Shown here: positions 1-9,519 of the stretch, piece after piece
Position numbering within the stretch: the stretch's first letter is position 1
How the letters are laid out: each line of letters starts with the position of its first letter
From: Candidatus Dormiibacterota bacterium
GTDB taxonomy: Bacteria > Chloroflexota > Dormibacteria > Aeolococcales > Bog-877
Reading direction: 5' to 3'
NCBI GenBank assembly: GCA_035534755.1
Contig: DATLRH010000024.1
Location: 26,598 to 90,597, forward strand
DNA: 64,000 bases
Made by a program: the position numbers and the translations under genes
Notes under the pieces: model-generated
Database searches by the model: none
What the model was told of the DNA's origin: nothing
The model's input: only the letters and a program-made list of their open reading frames with translations

Positions 1-1
1 G

Positions 2-1420
2 AGCGGACTGGGACTCGGGGATGGGGAGCAGTCCCGCTCGCCGCGCGAACTCAGCGTCGGCCAGGTGCGCCGACTCGAACTGAGCAAGCTGCTCCTTCAG
101 GATGTCGACCTCCTGCTTCTGGACGAGCCCACCAACCATCTCGACCTAGTGGCCATCGAATGGCTCGAGGCCCACCTCCTCCAGAGCGCCCCTACGCTCT
201 GCCTGGTCGCGCATGATCGACGCCTTCTGGAGCGCGTCTGCAACCGGATCGTGGAACTCCAGTCCGGAAGGGCCGAGGTCTACGAGGGGGGTTACACGAG
301 CTACCTCCGTCAGCGTCAGGAACGGCGACTGCGGTGGCGCCGAACCTGGGAGGCGCAGCAGGCCCACATTTCCCATCAAGAGGAGTACATCCGGCGCTAC
401 AAGGCCGGTCAGCGTGCTCGTCAGGCCCGAGGGCGGCAGACCCTGCTGGACCGGTTAGAGCGCGTTCCGGAGCCAACCGAGCTGCAGCGCATGCGACTCA
501 CCCTGCACGCGGCCCCGAGCGCTCAGGTTGTGCTCCGCACTGAGAGCCTGGCCTGCGGCCGCGACCAGGTGGCGCTCTTTTCCGTGCCCGACATGGGAGT
601 CGCTCGGGGAGCGCGCATCGCCGTCCTCGGTCCCAACGGATCAGGGAAGACAACCCTGCTGCATACCCTGGCAGGCCAGCTGCCGCCTGTTCGGGGCCGA
701 GTTATCCCCGGGGCCAGGGCCCGGATCCGCGAGTATCACCAGGACTTCGCCGATCTCGACTCCGAGCGAACCGTACTCGAGAACCTCCTTGATGATCACC
801 CCGGGTCGCTGCCGGAGAGAGCGCGGGCGGTCCTGGGTGCCATGCTCTTCAGCGGCGAGCGCGCTCTGAGCCGGGTCCGGGACCTTTCCGGGGGCGAGAA
901 GGCCCGCGTGGCACTCTCCCGGCTGGGCATGGACGATGCCAACTGCCTCCTCCTCGACGAGCCCACCAACCATCTCGACATCCCGTCGCAGGAGGTTCTC
1001 GAAGAGGCTCTGGCGGAGTATCCGGGAGCGGTCGTGCTGGTCTCCCACGACCGCTATTTCGTCGACTCGGTCGCCCAGACCGTCTTCGACGTGGAGGATG
1101 GTCGCCTCATCGAACGCCGTTCTGCGCCGCCCCCGCCGACGCGGGCCACCCAGCCCTCCAAGCCGCGGGGCCAGACCCGCAATCCTCGGGCCCGCAACAG
1201 CGGGCCCGCGCCGGCCGGCCCCGCCGGCCGCCAGCTCGAACTTAGGATCCAGACTTTGGAGGAGGAGAAACGCCGGCTGGAAGCGATGCTGGCCGACCCC
1301 GACACCTACCGCACTCCGGATCAGGGTCGGGCGGCGCTGAGCCGCTTCGAGACGGTTCAGGGCGCCCTGGAATCGGCCTACGCGACCTGGCTGTCCCGAG
1401 AGCCGAGCACCGAGCGATAG
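2..1420 (+). CDS. ABC-F family ATPase (Uup/EttA-like), 5' end cut by window edge
   Basis: The frame is open from nt 2. It shows LSVGQ signature plus LLLLDEPTNHLD Walker B (end of ABC domain 1), an Arg-rich linker, then a complete second ABC domain (GPNGSGKTTLL, LSGGEKARVAL, LLLDEPTNHLD) and a coiled-coil C-terminus. Confidence 0.9.
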   Translation, partial: SGLGLGDGEQSRSPRELSVGQVRRLELSKLLLQDVDLLLLDEPTNHLDLVAIEWLEAHLLQSAPTLCLVAHDRRLLERVCNRIVELQSGRAEVYEGGYTSYLRQRQERRLRWRRTWEAQQAHISHQEEYIRRYKAGQRARQARGRQTLLDRLERVPEPTELQRMRLTLHAAPSAQVVLRTESLACGRDQVALFSVPDMGVARGARIAVLGPNGSGKTTLLHTLAGQLPPVRGRVIPGARARIREYHQDFADLDSERTVLENLLDDHPGSLPERARAVLGAMLFSGERALSRVRDLSGGEKARVALSRLGMDDANCLLLDEPTNHLDIPSQEVLEEALAEYPGAVVLVSHDRYFVDSVAQTVFDVEDGRLIERRSAPPPPTRATQPSKPRGQTRNPRARNSGPAPAGPAGRQLELRIQTLEEEKRRLEAMLADPDTYRTPDQGRAALSRFETVQGALESAYATWLSREPSTER

Positions 1421-2481
1421 ACCTGGGCGATCTGAGGCCCGACCGCGTCCCAGGAGAAGCGCTCCAGGACCGTCGCCCGGGCCTCTCCGGAGAGCTGATC
1501 CCACCGGGCTTTGTCACCGAGGATGCTCTCCGCTGCAGCCAGCATGGCCGGAGCGTCGCCGAGCGGGACCAGGGCCACCCCTCCCCCCTTCAGGTCGGTG
1601 AGCCCGGGCACGTCGGTGGCCAGCACCGGGGTCCCCGACGCCATCGCCTCGAGGGCGACCACTCCCAGCCCCTCGTAGCGGGAGGGGACCACCAGCAAGA
1701 GCGCCCGCTGATACGAGCGCGCCAGCTCACTCTCGGAAACCCGTCCGCGAACCAGGAGTCGGCCGTTGAAGTCGGGGGCGGCGGCTTGGGCCGCCTCGTA
1801 GAGGGGACCCTCGCCGCAGATCTCGGCCCTGAGCCGGGGGAACTTCTGGCTCAGTTCCCTAAAGGCGGCGATGAACTGGGGGACCCCTTTGATTGGTACC
1901 AGGCGACCTACAAAGAGGAGAGTGTCTCGCTCCTGGTACCCCCCGTCGGGACGGAGCCACTCGGTGTCGATCCCGACTGGGATCACCGAGATCTTATCGG
2001 CGGGGACAGCGTAATCCGCCGCCAGCGAACTGGCCGTCGACGGGGAAATCGAGATCACGTGTTCCGAGAACCGGTAGGCGCGGGCTTCAATCGAACCCAG
2101 GGGCCGAGTCGCCAACCTCCGTCCGTGCGCGGTTCGGTAGGTGTGATTGGCGGTGTACACCAGGGGCGCGGTCGGTGGGTGCCGGAAGAGCAGCACGCCG
2201 CCGGGACCGCCCAGCGCGTGCCAGAGATCGGGCCGGAGTGCAGTGGCGACCTCGGGCAGCCGGCGCCGCAGCCAGAGAGAGAAGTCGAGGGGAGCCCTCC
2301 TGGTTCGTTTGGGGATCCGCAACCCCGGTCCCCAGGGAGTTCGGCGGGCGGTCACCATGTCCACCTCGTACCCGATCTTTGGCATCGTCTGCTCAAGCGC
2401 GCCCGCGTAGCGACCCTGCCCCCCGATCGGGGGCACGTCGTCATAGGAGAGCAGGGCGACTCGGGCGGTCAGCGCTGGCAT
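1378..2481 (-). CDS. GT4-family (GT-B) glycosyltransferase
   Basis: C-terminal EGLGVVALEAMASGTPVLATDVPG (E-x7-E region) and N-terminal VALLSYDDVPPIGGQG. Start chosen at ATG 2481 (MPALTARVALL) rather than GTG 2550 to limit overlap with fpg. There is a convergent 43-nt overlap with the ABC-F 3' end. Confidence 0.8.
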   Translation of the reverse strand: MPALTARVALLSYDDVPPIGGQGRYAGALEQTMPKIGYEVDMVTARRTPWGPGLRIPKRTRRAPLDFSLWLRRRLPEVATALRPDLWHALGGPGGVLLFRHPPTAPLVYTANHTYRTAHGRRLATRPLGSIEARAYRFSEHVISISPSTASSLAADYAVPADKISVIPVGIDTEWLRPDGGYQERDTLLFVGRLVPIKGVPQFIAAFRELSQKFPRLRAEICGEGPLYEAAQAAAPDFNGRLLVRGRVSESELARSYQRALLLVVPSRYEGLGVVALEAMASGTPVLATDVPGLTDLKGGGVALVPLGDAPAMLAAAESILGDKARWDQLSGEARATVLERFSWDAVGPQIAQVYRSVLGSRDSQVA

Positions 2482-3293
2482 CGGTGACAGTAGACCGTGG
2501 TTCTCCCCCCAACTCTCGTTTGTCGCAGGGTAACGCCGCAGCGCACGCACGGTAGCCCGCCCCGACCGTACACGAAGAGCGCTTCATGGGCCTCACCCTT
2601 GGCCCCGAAGCCGTCGCGGAAGTCCGCGAATGAGCTGCCTCGGAGACCCAGCGCCTGCCGCATAACGAGAGGTAGGGCGGCGCCGAGGCGCATCGCCTCG
2701 GCGCGGCTCAGCGTCCGACCCCGGCGGGTCGGCCTGACCCGGGCCACAAAGCAGGCCTCGTCGGCGTAGATGTTCCCGCACCCGGCCACCACCGCCTGAT
2801 CGAGAAGCGCGGCCTTGAGCGGGCGGGTAGTTCTCCGCAGAGATTCGGCAAACCCGCTTCGGCCAAACGTGGGCGCGAGCGGCTCCGGGCCTAGCCGAGG
2901 CAACGCCCCGAGCCGCTCCAGTTGGCCGGGCGTCCCCAGCAGAACCCGACCGAAGCGGCGGGGGTCGCGATAGCGCAGTTCGCGACCGTCGTCGAGCCAC
3001 AGCACCAGGTGGGTGTGGGCCAGCCGCGGTTCGGGGGCCTTCCGCAGGGTAAGTGTCCCGGTCATTCCGAGATGGATCACCAGATGAGGGCCACCGCGGA
3101 GGACCAGGTGGATGAACTTGCCCCGTCGCCCCACTCCGACCACCTGGGCACCCTGGACGAGGCCCTCGAAGGTCACCGGATCGGGGACGCGCAGCACCGA
3201 GGAGCGCACCAGCTCGACCTCGGCGAAGGTGCGTCCGATCAGGTGAGGACGGAGGCCGCGAACAATCGTCTCGACCTCGGGAAGTTCCGGCAA
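2469..3293 (-). CDS. mutM: Formamidopyrimidine-DNA glycosylase (Fpg/MutM)
   Basis: PELPEVETIVRGL N-terminus and C-terminal zinc finger CxxC...CxxC (CVRCG...YCHRCQ). The catalytic N-terminal Pro requires the start codon directly before PELPEV. That codon is TTG at 3293-3291, so the track's 33-aa extension is rejected. Confidence 0.92.
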   Translation of the reverse strand: MPELPEVETIVRGLRPHLIGRTFAEVELVRSSVLRVPDPVTFEGLVQGAQVVGVGRRGKFIHLVLRGGPHLVIHLGMTGTLTLRKAPEPRLAHTHLVLWLDDGRELRYRDPRRFGRVLLGTPGQLERLGALPRLGPEPLAPTFGRSGFAESLRRTTRPLKAALLDQAVVAGCGNIYADEACFVARVRPTRRGRTLSRAEAMRLGAALPLVMRQALGLRGSSFADFRDGFGAKGEAHEALFVYGRGGLPCVRCGVTLRQTRVGGRTTVYCHRCQR

Positions 3294-3300
3294 GTCCTGG

Positions 3301-6027
3301 TCAGCTCGAGGCCCGCTCGAGAGGTCGCAAGTCCCTCCAGTTGGGCCCGCTCTTGAGGTCGACCACGAGTGGAACGGAGAGCTCGATCGCACCCGCCATC
3401 CCTGTCACCGCGAGCTCGGCCACCTCGGCGACCGCTGCGGGAGAGCACTCGAAGACCAGCTCGTCATGCACCTGGAGCAGCATCCGAGCTTGGATCTTCG
3501 CCGCCCGCAGGGCCTGAGCGGTGTGGATCATACCCAACTTCATGACATCGGCGGCCGAGCCCTGAATCGGCATGTTGATCGCCATCCGCTCGCTCGCCTC
3601 ACGAACCTGACGGTTGCTGGAATTGATGTCGCTCAGGTAGCGGCGGCGGCCCAGGATGGTGCTCACGAACCCTCGGCGCCGAGCCTCCTCGCGAACCGAC
3701 TCAAGGTAGGTCTGCACCCCCGAGTAGGTCGCGAAATAGCGCCGGATGAAGTCGTCGGCTACCTCCACTGCGATGCCCAGGTCGCGCGACAGTCCATAGC
3801 TGGAGAGGCCGTACAGGATTCCGAAGTTGACCACCTTGGCCATCCGCCGCTGCTCCGGCGAAACCTGCCCTGGGGAGACCCCGAACACCTGGGCCGCGGT
3901 GTCGGCGTGGACATCGTCGCCCCGGGCGAAGGCGGCCGCCAGGTGGGCATCGCCGCTCAGGTGGGCAAGCACTCGAAGCTCGATCTGCGAGTAGTCGGCC
4001 GACACCAGCACCCAGTTCTCGGGACCGGGGATGAAGGCCGCCCGGATCCGCCGTCCCAGCTCGGTTCGAATCGGGATGTTCTGCAGGTTGGGGTCGCTGG
4101 ACGACAGCCGGCCGGTGGCGGCGACCGCCTGATTGAAGCTGGTATGGACCCTGCCGTCGTCGGCATCGACCAGCTCCGGCAGAGCATCCACGTAGGTGCT
4201 CTTGAGCTTGGTCACCTGGCGCCACTCCAACAGGAGCGAGACGATCGGGTGCTCTTCGCGGAGGGACTCCAGTGCCTGCGCGTCGGTGGATCGACCTGTC
4301 TTGGTGCGGCGAGAACTCTTCAATCCCAGCTCGTCGTACAGGAGGACGGCCAGCTGGGGTGTCGACCCTGGGCTGAAGGGTCGTCCCGCTAGCCGGAACA
4401 TCTCGGCTTCCAACTCCTGAATCTGAACCGTCAGCGCGGAGGAGATCGCGCGTAGCTGGGCGGCGTCGAGTCTGACCCCGAGCGCCTCCATCTCAGCCAA
4501 AATTCGGAGCACTGGCAGTTCCAGGTCGCGCAGCAGCGCCGCCGCCCCGAGCTGCTCCAGGCGAGCCTCCAGGTGGGGCTGAATGGCGGCCGCGCAGGCC
4601 GCCTCAGCACCGTACAGCTGGGCGGCCTCGACTACGCTCAGCGCCGAGGCTGGACGGGCCGCCGCGCCCTTACCTAGGTACAGCTCCCGCTCGGGGGCTG
4701 GCGGCCCGCCCCACTCCCGGCAGAGCGCGGCCAGAGTTGGAGTGCGGCTCCGCGAGTCGGCTAGATAGGCAGCCAGAACACAGTCGAATTGGCCCCCTTC
4801 GAGCTCGCACCCCGCCGCGCTGAGCGCCAAGATTGCCTCCTTCAACTGATAACTCGATTTGCTGGTCCCAGGCGTGGCCAAGAGCCGGAGCAAGGGCCCC
4901 AACTGGTCCCAGCCGAGCGAGTCCGGCTGGGCGCTCCCGAGGGGGCAATACCAGCTGTGCTCGGCGTCGGTGGCCAGAGCGATCCCGACCACGTTCCCCT
5001 TGCGGGGCGGTCCCTCGACGGCCACCTCCACGGTGAATGAGCGAGCTGCCTCCAGCGCTGCCAGCATCTGGGTCAGATCGGCAGTCGCGTGAATCACCTG
5101 GGCGGGGGCCGCCGAGGGCCGTTCCGGGTCGGCGGCGGGTGCGGCCGAGCTGGGGAGCCGGCTGACCAGGCTGGGCATCCCCAGCTCCTCGAGAAGGGCG
5201 GCCGCCGCCTCGCGGTCGTACTCCTGGATGCGGCACCCGTTGAGGTCCAACTCGACCCCAGGAACCTCCTGGACGATGGTCACCATCTCCCGGCCAAAGC
5301 GGGCCAGCTCTTCATTCCCTAGGAGCGCAGACCGCACCCTGCCGGCCGGCATGGACTCGATGGCTTCGAGCACGGCATCGAGTGATCCAAATTGTTGGAT
5401 CAGCCCGGTTGCCGTCTTCTCGCCGATGCCGGGTACACCAGGGATGTTGTCGCTGGCGTCCCCCCGGAGGGCCTTGAAGTCGATGATCCGGATGGGGTCG
5501 AAGCCGAACCGCTCGCGGACCGCCTCGACGCTGTAGATGATCGGCTCGCCCCCGCCCCGTCCGGGGCCCTGGACGACCGTCGTCTCATCGACCAGCTGGA
5601 GCAGGTCCATGTCTCCGGAGAGGATCACCGTCTGGCAACCGGCGGCTCGAGCCTGCCGGGCCAGGGTGCCCAGCACGTCATCGGCCTCGAAGCCGGGCAC
5701 CGTCAGCACCGGGATGTTGAGGCTCTCGGTGATCTGCTGGCAGGCCGGGATCTGGGCGATCAGCTCGTCCGGGGTAGGCTGCCGGGTCCCTTTGTAGGTC
5801 GCCAGCTTGGCGTCCCGAAAAGTGGGGCCCGGCGGGTCGAAGGCGGCGACGGCGCAGTCGAATCCGCGGGCCATGGCGAGCAGCAGCATGGAGGTGTAGC
5901 CATAGGCGACCCGGATCCGCTCCCCCCGGCGGTTGGTCATCTCCGGAAGCGCGTGATACGCGCGAAAGGCCAGACCGTGGGCGTCGACAAGCAGGAGCCG
6001 GCGCCGCTCCAGAGGGTCAGCCGCCAT
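3301..6027 (-). CDS. polA: DNA polymerase I
   Basis: 5'-3' exonuclease N-terminus (LLLVDAHGLAFRAYHAL), a central exonuclease-like domain and family A polymerase motifs (DYSQIELRVLAH, QVHDELVFE). Start set at ATG 6027 (MAADPLERRR). The upstream 86 aa in the track are Arg/Pro-rich and look spurious. Confidence 0.95.
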   Translation of the reverse strand: MAADPLERRRLLLVDAHGLAFRAYHALPEMTNRRGERIRVAYGYTSMLLLAMARGFDCAVAAFDPPGPTFRDAKLATYKGTRQPTPDELIAQIPACQQITESLNIPVLTVPGFEADDVLGTLARQARAAGCQTVILSGDMDLLQLVDETTVVQGPGRGGGEPIIYSVEAVRERFGFDPIRIIDFKALRGDASDNIPGVPGIGEKTATGLIQQFGSLDAVLEAIESMPAGRVRSALLGNEELARFGREMVTIVQEVPGVELDLNGCRIQEYDREAAAALLEELGMPSLVSRLPSSAAPAADPERPSAAPAQVIHATADLTQMLAALEAARSFTVEVAVEGPPRKGNVVGIALATDAEHSWYCPLGSAQPDSLGWDQLGPLLRLLATPGTSKSSYQLKEAILALSAAGCELEGGQFDCVLAAYLADSRSRTPTLAALCREWGGPPAPERELYLGKGAAARPASALSVVEAAQLYGAEAACAAAIQPHLEARLEQLGAAALLRDLELPVLRILAEMEALGVRLDAAQLRAISSALTVQIQELEAEMFRLAGRPFSPGSTPQLAVLLYDELGLKSSRRTKTGRSTDAQALESLREEHPIVSLLLEWRQVTKLKSTYVDALPELVDADDGRVHTSFNQAVAATGRLSSSDPNLQNIPIRTELGRRIRAAFIPGPENWVLVSADYSQIELRVLAHLSGDAHLAAAFARGDDVHADTAAQVFGVSPGQVSPEQRRMAKVVNFGILYGLSSYGLSRDLGIAVEVADDFIRRYFATYSGVQTYLESVREEARRRGFVSTILGRRRYLSDINSSNRQVREASERMAINMPIQGSAADVMKLGMIHTAQALRAAKIQARMLLQVHDELVFECSPAAVAEVAELAVTGMAGAIELSVPLVVDLKSGPNWRDLRPLERASS

Positions 6028-6209
6028 GTTGCCGATTATCCCGGTCCGCGACCGCGGTCCCCAGCCCCCGACCCGGTCGCAGAGGGGGGGCGGCCGCGGT
6101 CGGGGTCGTAGACTCCAGTGATCGACGAGTTGCCGGGCGCGCGCGAGGGGACGACGCTGCCGAGTGCTCCCGGGGCCGCCCCGGTCTCGAGCGCGGGGAG
6201 GCGCAGGCC

Positions 6210-7253
6210 ATGCCCAACCCCCGGGTAACCCTTCGGGACGTCGCCCGCTGGGCTGGGGTCCACCCCGGCACGGCCTCGCGAGCACTGAACGCCGAGCGAC
6301 GCCACCTGGTCAAGGTCGAGACCGCAGAGCGGGTGCTGGCGGCCGCCCGGGAGCTCGAATTTCGGCCCGACCCGGCGGCGCGGAGCCTGAAGACCCGCCG
6401 GTCGTATACCGTCGGGGTCCTGATCCCGGACCTCAACAATCCCCTGTTTCCGCCGATCGTACGGGGCATCGAGGACACCCTCACCCGCCAGGGATTCGTC
6501 GCTCTGATCGGCAACACCGATAACGATGAGGAGCGCGAACGCCGGGTCTTCGAGGGCATGCGCTCGCGCCACGTCGACGGTTTCATCGTGGCGACCGCCC
6601 GGCAGCGGCACCCCTTGCTCGACCGGGCCGCGGCCGAGGAATTGCCGGTCGTGCTGGTCAACCGGGTTCTGGCCGATCGGTCGCTGCCCTCGGCGTCAGT
6701 GGATGACCGCCTAGGATCCAACCTGGCCGTAGCCCACCTGGCCCAGCTGGGGCACCGGCTGATCGCCCACATTGCCGGGCCCCAGGACGTGTCCACCGGG
6801 CGCGGTCGGCTCCAGGGGTTCAAATCCGGCATGGCCAAGGAGGGCATTCCCGTCGACCCCAGGCTGGTCTGCTACGCGCGCGGCTTCACCCGCTCCGAAG
6901 GTTGGCGCTGCCTATCCGAGTTGTTGGAGAGTGGCCAGGCGTTCACCGCCGTCGTCGCCGGCAACGACCTGCTGGCCCTGGGCTGCTACTCGGCCCTCGA
7001 TCAGGGGGGGCGGCGCTGCCCGGAGGACGTCTCAGTGGTCGGGTTCAACGACATGCCGTTCATCGACCAATTGCGGCCCCCGCTGACCTCGGTCCGGATT
7101 CCCCACTACGAGATTGGGGCCACCGCGGCGGCGCTGATGCTGGAACGGATCGCCAATCCGAGGGGTCCGGTCGACTCCCGGCTGCTTCCCCCCCAGCTGG
7201 TGGTACGGGGATCGACCGCGACCCCAGGTTCGGATCACCGGAGGTCCGGCTGA
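6210..7253 (+). CDS. LacI-family transcriptional regulator
   Basis: N-terminal HTH VTLRDVARWAGVHPGTASRALN followed by a periplasmic-binding-protein-like sugar-binding fold. GGGAGG lies 9 nt upstream of the ATG. Confidence 0.9.
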   Translation: MPNPRVTLRDVARWAGVHPGTASRALNAERRHLVKVETAERVLAAARELEFRPDPAARSLKTRRSYTVGVLIPDLNNPLFPPIVRGIEDTLTRQGFVALIGNTDNDEERERRVFEGMRSRHVDGFIVATARQRHPLLDRAAAEELPVVLVNRVLADRSLPSASVDDRLGSNLAVAHLAQLGHRLIAHIAGPQDVSTGRGRLQGFKSGMAKEGIPVDPRLVCYARGFTRSEGWRCLSELLESGQAFTAVVAGNDLLALGCYSALDQGGRRCPEDVSVVGFNDMPFIDQLRPPLTSVRIPHYEIGATAAALMLERIANPRGPVDSRLLPPQLVVRGSTATPGSDHRRSG

Positions 7254-7256
7254 GGA

Positions 7257-8315
7257 CTACCCGAGCTGCTCCGCCATCCAGTCGGCGGACCGAAAGCGGT
7301 GCCGGTAGGGGATGTTGGTGCAAACGTGGTTGCCGTCCTCGAACATGAGCAGCTCGACGGGGCCCGCCGCCTCGGCCGCGAGCCGCTCGGCGTGCTGCCA
7401 GGGAATCAGCCGATCGCGCTTGCCGAAAATGATCTGGAGGGGGATCCGGATTCGACTCGCATGGCCCTCCAGGCTGAAGGTCAGGGCAAGCTGGCGCGCA
7501 TCATCCGCGGAGGCGGAGCGGGTGCGCACGCGGAAAGCTTCTCGGCTCAGCTCGGGAAGCATGTCCCAGCAGCTACCCCAGTTGTACGGGCCCGCCTGGG
7601 CAACCACAGCCTTGACCCGGGCATCGCTGGCTGCGACCCGGCAGCTGTAGTAGCCTCCCAGGCTGACACCCCAGAGCCCCATCCGCGAGCTGTCGACCTC
7701 CGGGATTCCCTCCAGAGCGTCTAGGAACGCCGCCCCGGGGACCTCCCAGTCGGCGCGGGCGGCGAGCTCATACTCGCACTCCCCCTGGCCTGGGCCGTCC
7801 ACCGAGAAGGTCGCCAATCCCCGCTCCAGGAATAGCTGCTCTGTGCTCCGGAACTCCTCCTTGGTGGAGTCGAGTCCGGGGATCATGGTCACCACCGGAT
7901 GGGGAGCGGGACCCGAGGGAACCCTGAGGATGCCCACCATCTTCGAGTTCTCGAAGGGGACGTCGACGCGGCGGCCGGGCGGGTCGAGATAGGGCAAGGC
8001 AAGATTGAGGCAGGCGACGGAGCGGCGGTGGGCCGCGCGCATCTGCTCAAGATCCTCGACGAAGACGAATTTGGCGAAGTGGTAGTACACCGATGCCTGG
8101 GTGTAGTGCACGCCGGCGCTCCTGGGCCTGCCCGCCGCCACCGCCGCCTCCCCGAGGGCCACATGCTCCTTGGCCGCGTCGCTCCAGGCGGCACACCACT
8201 CGCTCCAGCTCTCCAGTCCCCCCGTGACCCTTCTGAAGTCAGACGGGTCCACCCCATTCACTGTGAAGCGGGGACCCCAATGCTCCAGCGCGCTACGCAC
8301 CCTCTCGTCCGGCAT
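7257..8315 (-). CDS. Alpha/beta hydrolase with N-terminal helical cap (FrsA / 2,6-dihydroxypseudooxynicotine-hydrolase-like)
   Basis: Nucleophile elbow GVSLGG and a late Asp/His region (FGKRDRLIP...GNH). The N-terminal helical region resembles the DHPON-hydrolase family. Start at ATG 8315 (MPDERV). Confidence 0.75.
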   Translation of the reverse strand: MPDERVRSALEHWGPRFTVNGVDPSDFRRVTGGLESWSEWCAAWSDAAKEHVALGEAAVAAGRPRSAGVHYTQASVYYHFAKFVFVEDLEQMRAAHRRSVACLNLALPYLDPPGRRVDVPFENSKMVGILRVPSGPAPHPVVTMIPGLDSTKEEFRSTEQLFLERGLATFSVDGPGQGECEYELAARADWEVPGAAFLDALEGIPEVDSSRMGLWGVSLGGYYSCRVAASDARVKAVVAQAGPYNWGSCWDMLPELSREAFRVRTRSASADDARQLALTFSLEGHASRIRIPLQIIFGKRDRLIPWQHAERLAAEAAGPVELLMFEDGNHVCTNIPYRHRFRSADWMAEQLG

Positions 8316-8383
8316 GGCCTGAGTCTTGCACACGGTTGCAGCACCGGGCAACCTCCACAGGAATCAGGTCCGGGCTCCGCCCT

Positions 8384-8412
8384 TGACGCGCAGGCAGCGG
8401 CGGTCAATAATC
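8384..8412 (+). promoter_or_regulatory. Candidate sigma70-type promoter for the dehydrogenase gene
   Basis: TTGACG (8384-8389), a 17-nt spacer, then AATAAT (8407-8412). It lies about 60 nt upstream of the GGAGGAA Shine-Dalgarno at 8461. Confidence 0.4.
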
Positions 8413-8472
8413 GTCGGGCAGAAACGACTGCAATCGGTTGTGGTGAGCGTCTACTGCCAGGGAGGAACGCCT

Positions 8473-9423
8473 TTGACCGACCCGGCGATGCCGGTAACCG
8501 AGCTGGGCTGGATCGGAACTGGTCGGATGGGCACCCAGATGGTCATCCGGCTGCTCATGTCCGGGTCGCATGTGATCGTCTACAACCGAACCCGTTCCAA
8601 GGCCGAACCGCTGGCCGATCTGGGCGCCGTCATCGCCGGCCACCTGCGGGAGCTGGCCGGTTGCCATGTGGTGTTCGTAGCGGTGAGTTCCTCGGGGGAT
8701 CTCGAGCAGGTTCTTCTCGGGCCGGAGGGGCTGCTCTCAGGCGAGGAGCGACCCGGGCTCGTGGTCGACTTCTCGACCGTCGGCCCCGATGCGTCGGCGA
8801 TTATCCGGGAGGAGCTGGCCTCCCGGGGCGTCCAGCTCCTTGCCGCCCCGGTCAGCGGCAACCCCAAGGTGGCCGGCGCCGGCCGCCTGACCATGGCGGT
8901 CTCCGGGCCTCTGGCCGCCTACGAATCGGTTTCCGGCCTGCTGGCCCAGCTCGGTTCAGGGGCAACCTACGTGGGAGACGGCGAACTGGCCCGGCTGGTG
9001 AAGATCTGCCACAACCTCTTCCTGGGGGTGGTCACCCAGTCTCTGGTCGAGGTGACCGTTTTGGCCGAGAAAGGCGGCGTCAGCCGGGAGGCGTTCTTGC
9101 GCTACCTGAACGCCAGCGTGCTCGGGTCGACATTCACCCGCTACAAGGCACCCCAGTTGGTCAACACCGACTACCGGGCCACCTTCACCACCAGCCTCCT
9201 GCGTAAGGACTTCGACCTGGGCCTGGCCGCGGCACACGATTTGGGCGTTCCCCTGCCCCTGGCCAGCCTGGTTCAGCAGCTGGTGATGACCCTGACCAGC
9301 CTGGGTTACGGCGAGGAGGACTTCGCGGCGCTGCTGGAACTTCAGGCCCGCAGCTCGGCGCTGGAGCTGGTCAGCGAGGGGGTTGAGGTCCCGGACGGGC
9401 TGGGGCTGCCAGATGAGCGTTGA
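8473..9423 (+). CDS. NAD(P)-dependent beta-hydroxyacid dehydrogenase (3-hydroxyisobutyrate dehydrogenase family)
   Basis: Rossmann motif GWIGTGRMGTQM and a family-typical C-terminal helical domain. TTG 8473 sits 5 nt after GGAGGAA. ATG 8488 is the alternative start. Confidence 0.85.
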   Translation: MTDPAMPVTELGWIGTGRMGTQMVIRLLMSGSHVIVYNRTRSKAEPLADLGAVIAGHLRELAGCHVVFVAVSSSGDLEQVLLGPEGLLSGEERPGLVVDFSTVGPDASAIIREELASRGVQLLAAPVSGNPKVAGAGRLTMAVSGPLAAYESVSGLLAQLGSGATYVGDGELARLVKICHNLFLGVVTQSLVEVTVLAEKGGVSREAFLRYLNASVLGSTFTRYKAPQLVNTDYRATFTTSLLRKDFDLGLAAAHDLGVPLPLASLVQQLVMTLTSLGYGEEDFAALLELQARSSALELVSEGVEVPDGLGLPDER

Positions 9424-9519
9424 CAGGGAATTTGACGACGGCAGCAGGGCGGGACCGCTCGTGCGTGCCATAGGCATGGCCATCTTCGGCCGCATCGTTT
9501 ATGGAGGGACAGGGAAAAC

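Noticed and set aside
6028-6209. GC-rich palindromes (GACCGCGGTC; CCCCGACC...GGTCGGGG) as the LacI operator in the polA/lacI divergent region
   Set aside because: Such short CG palindromes are expected by chance at this GC content. They do not resemble the usual LacI-family operator consensus with a central CG flanked by A/T-rich arms.
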